DNA from: Fidelibacterota bacterium
Lineage (GTDB): Bacteria; Fidelibacterota; Marinisomatia; SCGC-AAA003-L08; GCA-2689995
Reading direction: 5' to 3'
DNA length: 64,000 nt
Assembly (NCBI GenBank): GCA_014381925.1
Contig: JACNKR010000063.1
Location: 2,375 to 66,374, forward strand
Part shown: positions 10,103-19,433 of the stretch, one piece after another
How the letters are laid out: every line of letters begins with the position of its first letter
Numbering within the stretch: the stretch's first letter is position 1
Program-made: the position numbers and the translations under genes
Notes under the pieces: generated by a model
The model's input: the letters and a program-made list of their open reading frames with translations, nothing else
The model's database searches: none
What the model was told of the DNA's origin: nothing

Positions 10103-11662
10103 TTAATTTAAAATTTTCCATGCTTCATCAATATTTTCAAGAGCAATAAGAATTTGTTTATCAAGCTGTAATCGCTTATGATAAGAAAACTCATTACCCC
10201 ATAATGCCCCTGCAATTTCTGCTAATAACCTATTTTCAATAATATCAATATCATCATCTAATTGTTCTTCTTCAAATTCAAATTTAGAATCTTCAAGCCA
10301 ATTGAATAATTCTTGTCTATCACTTTCACCAAAAATATAGTATCGCTCAAAAGCATCGTAGTCTTCATATCTTAAACCAATATGTTCTTTTAATAAAGAA
10401 CCGTAATTAAATAAATATCGTTCAGGGCTTGTTAATAATTTAATAGTTGATTTTGTATATTTTGTAGTGTCTTGAATAAAAATATCAGGAGTAATTCCAC
10501 CACCACCATATACTTTACGGCCTTTTCGAGTAAAATATAATGGTCTATCTGCAACGGTTGAATCATTTAATTCTCGATTTTTATTTCGTAAATTTCGATA
10601 ATAGTCTTCAACATTTTCAAACTCTCTTTGAATTAACCTCCCAGATGGAGTATAATATCGAGCAATTGTAATTCGTGCAGCTGATTCGTCTGGTAGTTCA
10701 TACTGTCTTTGAACAAGCCCTTTTCCAAAACTTGTTTCGCCAATAATTAATCCTCTGTCTAAATCTTGCAAAGCACCAGTAACAATTTCGCTGGCACTTG
10801 CTGATCCACGATTAATAATCGCAATTACAGGGTAATGTCGGTCATCATTTTGTTTATTTGAGAAATGAACTTCATTTGATCCCGGAATTCGTCCTTGCGT
10901 AAACACAATTGTATCCCTTGTATTTACAAATAAATCTACAATTTGAACAGCTTGACCAAGTAACCCCCCACCATTATTTCTAAAGTCAATAATAAGTTGT
11001 TCCATATTTTGGTTTTCAAGTTCAATTAATGCTTCTTCTACTTCATAAGCTGTATTGGAGGCAAAGCGATTAATTTTAATATAACCTGTAGATTCATCGA
11101 TCATAAAAGAAGCAAGAACACTTACAAGCGGAATTTTAGCACGGACTAATGTAACATCTAATAATTCTTTTTGTCCCATCCTTTTAATAGTCACATCAAC
11201 AGAGGATCCTTTTGGGCCTCTTAATTTTTTAACAACATCTTTTTGTTCAATATTATAGGCAGACTCATCATCAATTTTGACTATTTTATCTCCACTTTGT
11301 AACCCTGCTCTCTCACTTGGAGTACCCGGAATTGGAGAAATTACCGTGATATATCCATCTAAAATATCAAACTCGATTCCAATCCCTTCAAATTCTCCAG
11401 CAAATTGCTCTCTAACTTCTTCAAATTCTTTTTTGGGTATATAGGTTGAATGGGGATCTAATTCTTCAAGCATCCCCACGATTGCACCTTCCAAGACATC
11501 ATCCATATCAACATCTTCTACATAGTTACTGTAAATAATATTGACTAATTTTGCAAGTGTGGATAGTTTCGCAAATCGATCATTTGAAGATTTATAACCA
11601 GCGCTTAATAACATTAACCCTGTGCAGGTTATTAAAATAAGTATTTTCTTTTGTATAGACAT
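10103..11662 (-). CDS. ctp: Carboxy-terminal processing (tail-specific) peptidase, family S41
   Basis: PDZ region (GIGIEFDILDGYITVISPIPGTPSERAGLQSGDKIVKID) and S41 catalytic region (IINRGSASASEIVTGALQD...GETSFGKGLVQ). Start set at the ATG 11662 (MSIQKKILILITC signal-like) rather than the longer track start. Confidence 0.85.
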   Translation of the reverse strand: MSIQKKILILITCTGLMLLSAGYKSSNDRFAKLSTLAKLVNIIYSNYVEDVDMDDVLEGAIVGMLEELDPHSTYIPKKEFEEVREQFAGEFEGIGIEFDILDGYITVISPIPGTPSERAGLQSGDKIVKIDDESAYNIEQKDVVKKLRGPKGSSVDVTIKRMGQKELLDVTLVRAKIPLVSVLASFMIDESTGYIKINRFASNTAYEVEEALIELENQNMEQLIIDFRNNGGGLLGQAVQIVDLFVNTRDTIVFTQGRIPGSNEVHFSNKQNDDRHYPVIAIINRGSASASEIVTGALQDLDRGLIIGETSFGKGLVQRQYELPDESAARITIARYYTPSGRLIQREFENVEDYYRNLRNKNRELNDSTVADRPLYFTRKGRKVYGGGGITPDIFIQDTTKYTKSTIKLLTSPERYLFNYGSLLKEHIGLRYEDYDAFERYYIFGESDRQELFNWLEDSKFEFEEEQLDDDIDIIENRLLAEIAGALWGNEFSYHKRLQLDKQILIALENIDEAWKILN

Positions 11663-11720
11663 GCCTAAAATTACCGCAGATATTTTACAAAACTCAACGA
11701 TAAACATTACAGGTTACAAA

Positions 11721-12314
11721 ATGATAAATGGTAAAAAAGAAATTCCAATTGTCGGAATTCATGGTTGGAAAGGAAATGGAGATAGTTTTAAAGCTGTTGC
11801 AAAGCTATTTAATCTCGAAAACACATATTGGTTTTACCCTCAAGCTCCTTATGAAACAGGGCAAGGTGAATTTAGTTGGGCAAAAGAAGTTGAAGAAGGG
11901 GTTTATGAAACAACTAAAGCTCAACAATATTTAGAAGATTTTTTTGTAAATAAAGTCTTTACTAAATTCCCTCCTGAAGAAGTGCATGTCATTGGATTTT
12001 CTCAAGGTGCAACTATTTGCTTTGAATTTGTTTTAAAATTGCCCGTAAAACTTGCTGGCGTTTACCCTATTGCAGGATTTTTACGAGATTTTAATTCAAC
12101 AAAAGCTCGGTTACACCACAAACAGAAAGAAACCCCAATTTTTATTGGTCATGGGGAAAATGATGATATTGTTCCAAGTAAAAGCTCAAAAAGAATTTAT
12201 GATATATTAAAAAAAGAAACAAAAAATGTAGATTTGCATTTGTATAATGGCGGACATAAAATTGGTTTAAGCTATATAAAAGAAGCAAAGAAATTAATAT
12301 TGGGTGAAAAATGA
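11721..12314 (+). CDS. Phospholipase/carboxylesterase-type alpha/beta hydrolase
   Basis: VGIHGWKGNG oxyanion region, nucleophile elbow GFSQGA, C-terminal GHGENDDIVP and GGHKI. The start is uncertain (11661 or 11721); the track start 11622 would overlap ctp. Confidence 0.65.
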   Translation: MINGKKEIPIVGIHGWKGNGDSFKAVAKLFNLENTYWFYPQAPYETGQGEFSWAKEVEEGVYETTKAQQYLEDFFVNKVFTKFPPEEVHVIGFSQGATICFEFVLKLPVKLAGVYPIAGFLRDFNSTKARLHHKQKETPIFIGHGENDDIVPSKSSKRIYDILKKETKNVDLHLYNGGHKIGLSYIKEAKKLILGEK

Positions 12315-13882
12315 AAACGGATTATGATGTAATAATTATTGGTTCCGGTTTTGGTGGAGCGGTTTCAGCATTAAGAATGGTCGAAAAAGGATATTCTGTA
12401 CTTGTAATTGAAAAAGGTAAACGATATGAGTCTAAAGACTTTCCAAATACGAACTGGAATTTAAGAAAATATTTTTGGATGCCACGATTATTTCTATATG
12501 GGATTCAATGTCTTACACTGTTTAAAGATGTGTTTATTCTTCATGGCGCAGGTGTAGGCGGTGGAAGTTTAGTTTATGCAAACACACATTTAATTCCACC
12601 AGACAAAGCATTTGAAGATACAAAATGGCCAGATAAAAATTGGAAAGAAAAATTAAAACCATTTTATGATTTAGCTCAAAAAATGTTAGGCACCGTTCCA
12701 TCCTATGGATTTGGAGAAACAGATGATATATTAAAGGAATGTGCAGAAGAATTAGGAAAGGCAGATTCTTTTAAAAAAGTAAATGTGGGAATATTTTTTG
12801 GTAAACCAGGAGAAGAATCGACTGATCCCTATTTTAATGGAAAAGGCCCAATAAGAGGTGGATGTACTTTTTGTGGTGGATGTATGGTGGGATGTCAGCA
12901 TAATGCAAAAAATACATTAGATAAAAATTATCTATACTTAGCTGAATCTTTAGGTGTAAAAATAATTGCCGAAAGTGAGGTGGAACAAATAATTCCACAA
13001 AAAGGAATTTATAAGGTAAAAATAAAAAAATCTACTGGAATATTTCACTCCACTCAATTCATTACCTCAAAAAAAGTGATACTATCAGGCGGTGTAATGG
13101 GATCTGTAAAATTATTATTTCAATGTAAAACGAAAGGGTTTTTAGATAATATTTCTCATCGTCTTGGAGATTTTGTAAGAACGAATTCTGAAGCAATTTT
13201 AGGTGTAATAAAAGCAAATAAAAAACGAAATGATTATACAAAAGGGATTGCAATTTCAGCACAATTCCACCCCGATGATAAAACTTCCATTGAAGCGGTT
13301 CGATTTGGGAAAGGTCAAAATGCAATGGGAGGATTATCAACAATAATGCCTTCAAGTAGAAACTTACCAGGAATTTTAGGTTGGATAATTGCAATTATTC
13401 AAAATCCAATTGTTTTTATAAAATCAATTTTTCCATATAAATGGTCAGAAAACTCGGTGATTTTATTAGTTATGCAACCTATAAATAATTACTTAAAATT
13501 AAATTATAATCGTCGATGGTGGCGATTTGGATTTCGATCTATGAATAGTAGTCGATCTACGGATGAAAAAATTCCTGCATTTATTCCAATTGGTGAAAAA
13601 GTTGCAAAAATGGTTGCACGGAAAACAGGTGGAACGCCGATGACGAGTTATTTTGACAGCATATTTGGAATACCGACAACAGCACATATTCTAGGTGGAT
13701 GTTGTATTGGAAATACAATTGAAGATGGGGTAATAGATAAAAATTTTGAAGTATTTAATTATCCAGGGCTTTATGTCATTGATGGGTCATCTATTCCATC
13801 TAATTTAGGGGTAAATCCAAGTTTAACAATTACCGCAATGGCTGAATATGCAATGAGCCAAATGCCTAAAAAGGGAGCATAA
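12311..13882 (+). CDS. GMC-family FAD oxidoreductase (cholesterol/long-chain-alcohol oxidase-like)
   Basis: [35 protein letters not shown] fold and C-terminal GLYVIDGSSIPSNLGVNPSLTITAMAE GMC signature. ATGA overlap with the upstream gene. Confidence 0.8.
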   Translation: MKTDYDVIIIGSGFGGAVSALRMVEKGYSVLVIEKGKRYESKDFPNTNWNLRKYFWMPRLFLYGIQCLTLFKDVFILHGAGVGGGSLVYANTHLIPPDKAFEDTKWPDKNWKEKLKPFYDLAQKMLGTVPSYGFGETDDILKECAEELGKADSFKKVNVGIFFGKPGEESTDPYFNGKGPIRGGCTFCGGCMVGCQHNAKNTLDKNYLYLAESLGVKIIAESEVEQIIPQKGIYKVKIKKSTGIFHSTQFITSKKVILSGGVMGSVKLLFQCKTKGFLDNISHRLGDFVRTNSEAILGVIKANKKRNDYTKGIAISAQFHPDDKTSIEAVRFGKGQNAMGGLSTIMPSSRNLPGILGWIIAIIQNPIVFIKSIFPYKWSENSVILLVMQPINNYLKLNYNRRWWRFGFRSMNSSRSTDEKIPAFIPIGEKVAKMVARKTGGTPMTSYFDSIFGIPTTAHILGGCCIGNTIEDGVIDKNFEVFNYPGLYVIDGSSIPSNLGVNPSLTITAMAEYAMSQMPKKGA

Positions 13883-15357
13883 TGAGTTGTAATTTAAAAG
13901 AAAATGTTATTGAAGTTTTTAATCCGACAAATGGGCAACATTTAAAAGAAATCCCAATTACGACTGATAGCCAATTTAAAGAAATAATAGAAAAATCAAT
14001 TGAATCAAAAAATTATTGGAATAATAGTATTCCTGGATTTAGAAAAAATTTGATTAAAAAGTTTAGAAAAGCAATAATCCAAAATATGGATTTATTCATA
14101 GAAACGATTTGCAGTGAAACAGGTAAAAAGAAATTTGAAGGAATGTTAGAGGTTTATACTTCTGTTGAACATATGAAACATTCAGAGAAATTACTTTCAA
14201 AAGTATTTAAGAAAAAAAATAGATCTGTTGGAACTCTATTAACAAAAAAAGCATGGACTGAATTACAACCGCTAGGAATTGCTGGAATTATTTCACCATG
14301 GAACTACCCATTAATATTAACACTTACACCTGTTATTGAAGCATTGTCTGCGGGGAATGTCGTAATTTTAAAACCATCAGAACAAACTCCATTAACAACT
14401 GAATTATTAAAATCAATCTGGGATGAATCCACAGAACAACCTGATATTTTACAAATAATTTATGGGGGTGGTAAAATAGGGAGTAAGTTAGTAAATGCCC
14501 CCGAAGTGGATATTATTTGTTTTACAGGTAGTACTAAAATTGGTAAAATGATTGCAATTGATTGTGCAAAAAATTTAAAACCTGTCATTTTAGAATTAGG
14601 TGGAAAAGACCCGATGATAATTTGTGAAGATGCAAACATAGATAGAGCCGTTAATGGTGCTGTTTGGGGTGGTATGAGTAATGCCGGGCAAACATGTATT
14701 TCTGTGGAACGAATTTTTGTCCATGAAAATATAAAGGGAGAATTTGTAAAGAAGATTTCTGAAAAAATAAAAAAATTATCCGCAGGAAATTCAAAAAACT
14801 CAGAAGTTGGTTCTATTTCCGTTGAGGCAGGATTAGAGAAAATTAAATCTCAAATTAAAAATGAAAAAAAGGCAAGTGAAATAATTCAAGGAGGGAATGA
14901 TAAAAATGGATTTTATTTTCCACCAACTGTTGTTATTGATCCTGAGTTTAATGGTGAGTTAATGCAAGATGAAACCTTTGGGCCTGTTGTTTCAATTACA
15001 AGTTTTAAAACAGAGGAGGAGGCCATAAATCTAGCAAATTCAACAGGGTATGGATTAAGTGCGAGTGTTTTCTCTGCAAATAAATCCAAAGGTAAAAAAA
15101 TAGCCTCTCAAATCAGGGCTGGGTCAGTGGCAATAAATGATGTAATGACACATTATGGAATTGCAGATTTGCCGTTTGGCGGGGTTGGTTTAAGTGGAAT
15201 TGGTCGAGTGCATGGTGAAGAAGGTATAAAAGCATTTTGTTTGCAAAAAAGCTATATGACAAATAGAATAAATTTAGGTGACGAAATGTGGTGGTATTCA
15301 AAATCAGAAAAATTTGAAGGCATTATTCGTAAATTCCTCAAAATGTATTTTGGATAA
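13882..15357 (+). CDS. NAD(P)-dependent aldehyde dehydrogenase (fatty-aldehyde-dehydrogenase-like)
   Basis: FTGSTKIGKMI, ELGGKDP and the catalytic Cys context NAGQTCISVERIFV. TAATG overlap with the GMC gene. Confidence 0.85.
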   Translation: MSCNLKENVIEVFNPTNGQHLKEIPITTDSQFKEIIEKSIESKNYWNNSIPGFRKNLIKKFRKAIIQNMDLFIETICSETGKKKFEGMLEVYTSVEHMKHSEKLLSKVFKKKNRSVGTLLTKKAWTELQPLGIAGIISPWNYPLILTLTPVIEALSAGNVVILKPSEQTPLTTELLKSIWDESTEQPDILQIIYGGGKIGSKLVNAPEVDIICFTGSTKIGKMIAIDCAKNLKPVILELGGKDPMIICEDANIDRAVNGAVWGGMSNAGQTCISVERIFVHENIKGEFVKKISEKIKKLSAGNSKNSEVGSISVEAGLEKIKSQIKNEKKASEIIQGGNDKNGFYFPPTVVIDPEFNGELMQDETFGPVVSITSFKTEEEAINLANSTGYGLSASVFSANKSKGKKIASQIRAGSVAINDVMTHYGIADLPFGGVGLSGIGRVHGEEGIKAFCLQKSYMTNRINLGDEMWWYSKSEKFEGIIRKFLKMYFG

Positions 15358-15416
15358 ATAGAACCTATTTATCATATTTTATCAAACAGAACTCATCGTA
15401 TTTTTTCACCCTTAAA

Positions 15417-16079
15417 ATGATTAACAAAATAACATTTATAATAATAATTTTAATTGGGTTTTTATATTCTCAAGATATTCCCGCGGGTGCATTTTCAATT
15501 ACTCGCATTCAATATGATGGTGGTGGCGATTGGTATTCAGATCCAAGTTCATTACCAAATTTATTAAAATTTATTGCTGACGAAACTTCAATTAAGTTAT
15601 ACCCTGAAGAAAAAAGATCAAAAATAGGTGATGATATATTTTCAGAATCCACATATCTCTATTTAACAGGGCATGGCAATATTTCATTTACAAATGATGA
15701 ATCATTTATTTTAAGAAACCATTTAAAAGCCGGTGCATTTTTACATGCCGATGATAATTATGGTATGGATAAATCATTTAGAGAACAGATGAAAAAAGTG
15801 TTTCCAGATAAAGAATGGGTTGAGCTACCTCCAGACCATGAAATTTTCCATGTATTTTATAATTTTGATAATGGTTTGCCAAAGGTTCATGAACATGATA
15901 ATAATCGCCCGCAAGCATTGGCTCTATTTGATGATGAAAAAATAATAGTGCTTTATACTTACGAATCTGATTTAGGTGATGGATGGGAAGATTCTGAAGT
16001 TCATAAAGATAGTGAAGCGATTAGAGAACAGGCATTAAAAATGGGAACAAACATCATTATTTACGCACTCACTCATTAA
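15417..16079 (+). CDS. DUF4159-like secreted protein
   Basis: ITRIQYDGGGDWYSDPSSLPNLL...YLYLTGHGNISF...FLHADDNYG...LPKVHEHD...YTYESDLGDGWED matches my recollection of the DUF4159 consensus. Confidence 0.65.
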   Translation: MINKITFIIIILIGFLYSQDIPAGAFSITRIQYDGGGDWYSDPSSLPNLLKFIADETSIKLYPEEKRSKIGDDIFSESTYLYLTGHGNISFTNDESFILRNHLKAGAFLHADDNYGMDKSFREQMKKVFPDKEWVELPPDHEIFHVFYNFDNGLPKVHEHDNNRPQALALFDDEKIIVLYTYESDLGDGWEDSEVHKDSEAIREQALKMGTNIIIYALTH

Positions 16080-19000
16080 ATGATGAATAATTATTTATTA
16101 GATTATATTCAAAAAGCCCGAACGAATAAAGCAAATCAAAATTTTATACGGTCTGCATTATCATTTTTTAGTATTATTATTTTTATCTCTATTTTATTGG
16201 GAAGTATTGAATTTATTTTTCATTTAGAAATTGAAAATAGACGAATAATTTTTGAGATTATTTTTTTTATTTTATTAGGCGGAATCACTTATTTAATTTC
16301 AAATTGGGTCATTCAATCAAAGGGTTTATTTGGTAATTATTCCGATGCTGAAATAGCATCATGGATTGGTGAAGTTAAACCTGAAATTGCAGACAGACTA
16401 CTAAATGGAATTCAGTTAATTGAAAATAAAACTACTCAAAACAATGATTTAATTGACCATGCTATAAATAAAATTAAAACTCAAATAGATCAAATCCCAT
16501 TTAAAAGTATAAAAAATATTCAATCAAATAAATGGAAATACATTTTTATTATTAGTATAATTTTTTTTAGTGCGAGTTGGAAATTATTTTCAGAAGCACC
16601 TGAAAATGCGTATGTAAGAATATTAAGCCTGAAAACGGAGTATGAAGTCCCAACACCCTTTCGTCTCTCTTCAATAACAAAAAATCAATTTATTTTAGGC
16701 GGTGATACAACGCAGATCATTCTTGAGGGGGTTGGAGAATTACCTGATTCACTCGAAATGATTATTCAAAATAAAGATAAAATTATAACAAATAAAATAC
16801 CATTATTAAATGGTAAATATATTTTGAATTTACCCAATATTAAAAAAGACCATATTGTTTGGGGTGAATTTAAATCGGAATCTATTTTTTCACCATGGGA
16901 TAATATTTCATCAGGCAAAGATACTATTTTCGTCCAAGATAGACCGATAATTGAAAATGTTGAATTTACAATTATTCCACCAAAATACACCCAATTAGAA
17001 ACACGAAAACACCCTGGAAATGTAACTAATATATCTGTCCTACCGGGCAGTAAAATTAAAATTCACGCAAAAGTGACAAAAAACATTGTGTCTGCATTTG
17101 CCATGATAGGTAAGCAAAAGAAAAATTTAAGTGCACAAGGAAATAAAATTAGTGGGACATTTTCAATATTTAAAAATGATACACTGACAATTTATTGCAC
17201 CGATGAAAATGAGATTGAAAATAATTCCCCCACTCACTTTAATATTCAAGCTTATGCAGATATGCCTCCAGAAATTTTAGTTTTTGAACCGACATCAAAA
17301 GTTGAACTTGGGGAATCTATGGAAATTCCAATGCGGATTATGGTTAATGATGATTATGGAATTTCTGAAATGGAAATAAAATATTCAATTATTCATCCGG
17401 ATTATCTCCCTGAAGACACGATGCAATATCATTTTCCGCTAAATGGGTTTGATAAAAACATTAAATCACAAAATTATTCATTCAATTGGAATATTAATTT
17501 TTTATCTTTAATGCCAGAAGATGAAGTTATTTTTCAAATTGGTGCAGGTGATAATAATACAATACCTAAACCAAGTTGGTCATATTCTAAAAAATTAAAT
17601 GCATTTTATCCATCTTTAGAAGAAATGTTTTTTCAAATGGAAGAAAATGAAGGAGAGGTGCTAGAAGAAGCAGAAAACATCACACTGACAATGGATGAAG
17701 TACAAGAGTTGGTCGAAGATTTAAAATTAGATTTATTGAAATCGGAAGAAATGAATTGGGAACAGACTCAACAGGCTGAAGAAGTTGTTCAAAAAATGGA
17801 AGATATCTTTGAACAAATGTCTCAAATGTCCGATGTGATGGATGCAGTAAAAGAACAAATAGAAAAAAATGATTTAATTAATGAGGATTTAACAGAAAAA
17901 TTTCAAAATTTACAAGAATTATTAAATCAATTAATGACACCAGAAATGAAGGAGGCATTAGAAAAGTTAAGAGAAGCTTCTGAAGAATTAGATCCAGAAA
18001 AAATGTTACAAGCATTAGAAGACTTTGAATTTAATGCACAGGATTTTGAAGACCAACTAGATCGATTTATTGAAATGTTTGAAATGGCAATGGCTGAACA
18101 AAAGATGGATGAGATTCAGAAAAAAATAGAACAAATGATTAATGAGCAACAAGCGGTCATGGATGAGTTGAAAAATGATTCACCTAAATCAGAAGAATTG
18201 GCGGCTCGAGAAAAACGGCAAGAACAAAAAATGGAGAACCTGCAAAAATCCATAAAAGATGCTGAAGAAATGATGAAGGATATTTCACCATCGACTTCAG
18301 AAAACATGGATGAGCTTGAAAAAAGTGACCCCATAAATAATGCAGAATCTGACATTTCTGATGCACAAAAAGAATTTTCAGAAGGAAAGAAGAAAAAGGG
18401 TGGAGAAAAAGCAGAATCTGCAAAGGAGAATTTAGAGAAACTATCTGATCAATTTGCCCAAATGCAACAAGAATTTCAACAAGAAACTGTTGGTGAAATG
18501 ACAAAAGAATTTCAACGCGTTGTACATAATATTTTATCCATTTCAAAAGATCAAGAAGAAATTTATAAAATCTCAAAGCTAATAAAATCTAAGAGTCCAA
18601 TATTAATTGAAACAGCTGTTTTACAAAATAATGTTCAACGACAAATGCAACGATTAATGGACCAAGTGATGGAGCTTTCAACAAAAACATTCTATATAAC
18701 ACCCGAAATTGGGAGAATGTTAGGTCGTTCAATTGTAGATATGAATAAATCAATTGCAGGTTTAGAACAAAAACAAATTTCAACCGCACGAAAACAACAA
18801 TTATCTGCAATAGAAACCTTAAACGACGCAGCTTTTGTATTATTAGATGCAATGGATCAAATGAATTCTTCCGGCTCTGCTTCTGGTATGGAGCAATTTA
18901 TGGAGCAAATGGCACAGATGTCTCAACAACAGCAGGGGGTAAATCAGGGTACAATGCAATTGGGGCAAATGGGAATGATGGCTCAACAAGCAATGATGCA

Positions 19001-19433
19001 ACAATTAATGCAACAACAACAGGCATTACAACAGGCTCTTGAAGAATTATTGGGTAATAATCCAGGAAAAAAAGGAAGTGGACTGGATAAAGCGAGACAA
19101 GATATGGAAGAAGTTATAAAAGATTTTAGAAAACGAAAAGTAGATGAACGGACAATTGAACGACAGGAAAAAATTCTTTCTCGAATGTTAGATAGTCAAA
19201 AATCAATGACTCAAAGAGATTTATCAAAAAAACGAAAAAGTTCTGAAGCTGAAGAATTTTTATATGTTGGCCCTGATGGTTTACCGGTTGATTTTGGCGA
19301 GCGCAAATTGATTTTAATGGAAGCCATGGAACAAGCCCTTCAGGAAGGCTATTCTCAAGATTATAATAAAATGATTAGAAATTATTTCCAGTCATTGCAA
19401 GAAACAATGGAGGCTGAAAATGAACTCCCTTAA
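16080..19433 (+). CDS. Giant membrane-anchored protein with a long acidic coiled-coil and a Q/M-rich tract (DUF4175-like, tentative)
   Basis: N-terminal TM helices, a beta-rich middle, about 430 aa of E/M/Q-rich heptad-like sequence, and a Q/M-rich low-complexity tract near the C-terminus. Follows the DUF4159-like gene with no intergenic nucleotides (TAA then ATG). Confidence 0.45.
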   Translation: MMNNYLLDYIQKARTNKANQNFIRSALSFFSIIIFISILLGSIEFIFHLEIENRRIIFEIIFFILLGGITYLISNWVIQSKGLFGNYSDAEIASWIGEVKPEIADRLLNGIQLIENKTTQNNDLIDHAINKIKTQIDQIPFKSIKNIQSNKWKYIFIISIIFFSASWKLFSEAPENAYVRILSLKTEYEVPTPFRLSSITKNQFILGGDTTQIILEGVGELPDSLEMIIQNKDKIITNKIPLLNGKYILNLPNIKKDHIVWGEFKSESIFSPWDNISSGKDTIFVQDRPIIENVEFTIIPPKYTQLETRKHPGNVTNISVLPGSKIKIHAKVTKNIVSAFAMIGKQKKNLSAQGNKISGTFSIFKNDTLTIYCTDENEIENNSPTHFNIQAYADMPPEILVFEPTSKVELGESMEIPMRIMVNDDYGISEMEIKYSIIHPDYLPEDTMQYHFPLNGFDKNIKSQNYSFNWNINFLSLMPEDEVIFQIGAGDNNTIPKPSWSYSKKLNAFYPSLEEMFFQMEENEGEVLEEAENITLTMDEVQELVEDLKLDLLKSEEMNWEQTQQAEEVVQKMEDIFEQMSQMSDVMDAVKEQIEKNDLINEDLTEKFQNLQELLNQLMTPEMKEALEKLREASEELDPEKMLQALEDFEFNAQDFEDQLDRFIEMFEMAMAEQKMDEIQKKIEQMINEQQAVMDELKNDSPKSEELAAREKRQEQKMENLQKSIKDAEEMMKDISPSTSENMDELEKSDPINNAESDISDAQKEFSEGKKKKGGEKAESAKENLEKLSDQFAQMQQEFQQETVGEMTKEFQRVVHNILSISKDQEEIYKISKLIKSKSPILIETAVLQNNVQRQMQRLMDQVMELSTKTFYITPEIGRMLGRSIVDMNKSIAGLEQKQISTARKQQLSAIETLNDAAFVLLDAMDQMNSSGSASGMEQFMEQMAQMSQQQQGVNQGTMQLGQMGMMAQQAMMQQLMQQQQALQQALEELLGNNPGKKGSGLDKARQDMEEVIKDFRKRKVDERTIERQEKILSRMLDSQKSMTQRDLSKKRKSSEAEEFLYVGPDGLPVDFGERKLILMEAMEQALQEGYSQDYNKMIRNYFQSLQETMEAENELP

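Noticed and set aside
11622-11707. Long N-terminal extensions of ctp (track start 11707) and the esterase (track start 11622) that overlap each other on opposite strands
   Set aside because: The internal ATGs (11662 for ctp, preceding a signal-peptide-like segment; 11661 or 11721 for the esterase) give normal N-termini and remove the implausible 86-nt divergent overlap.
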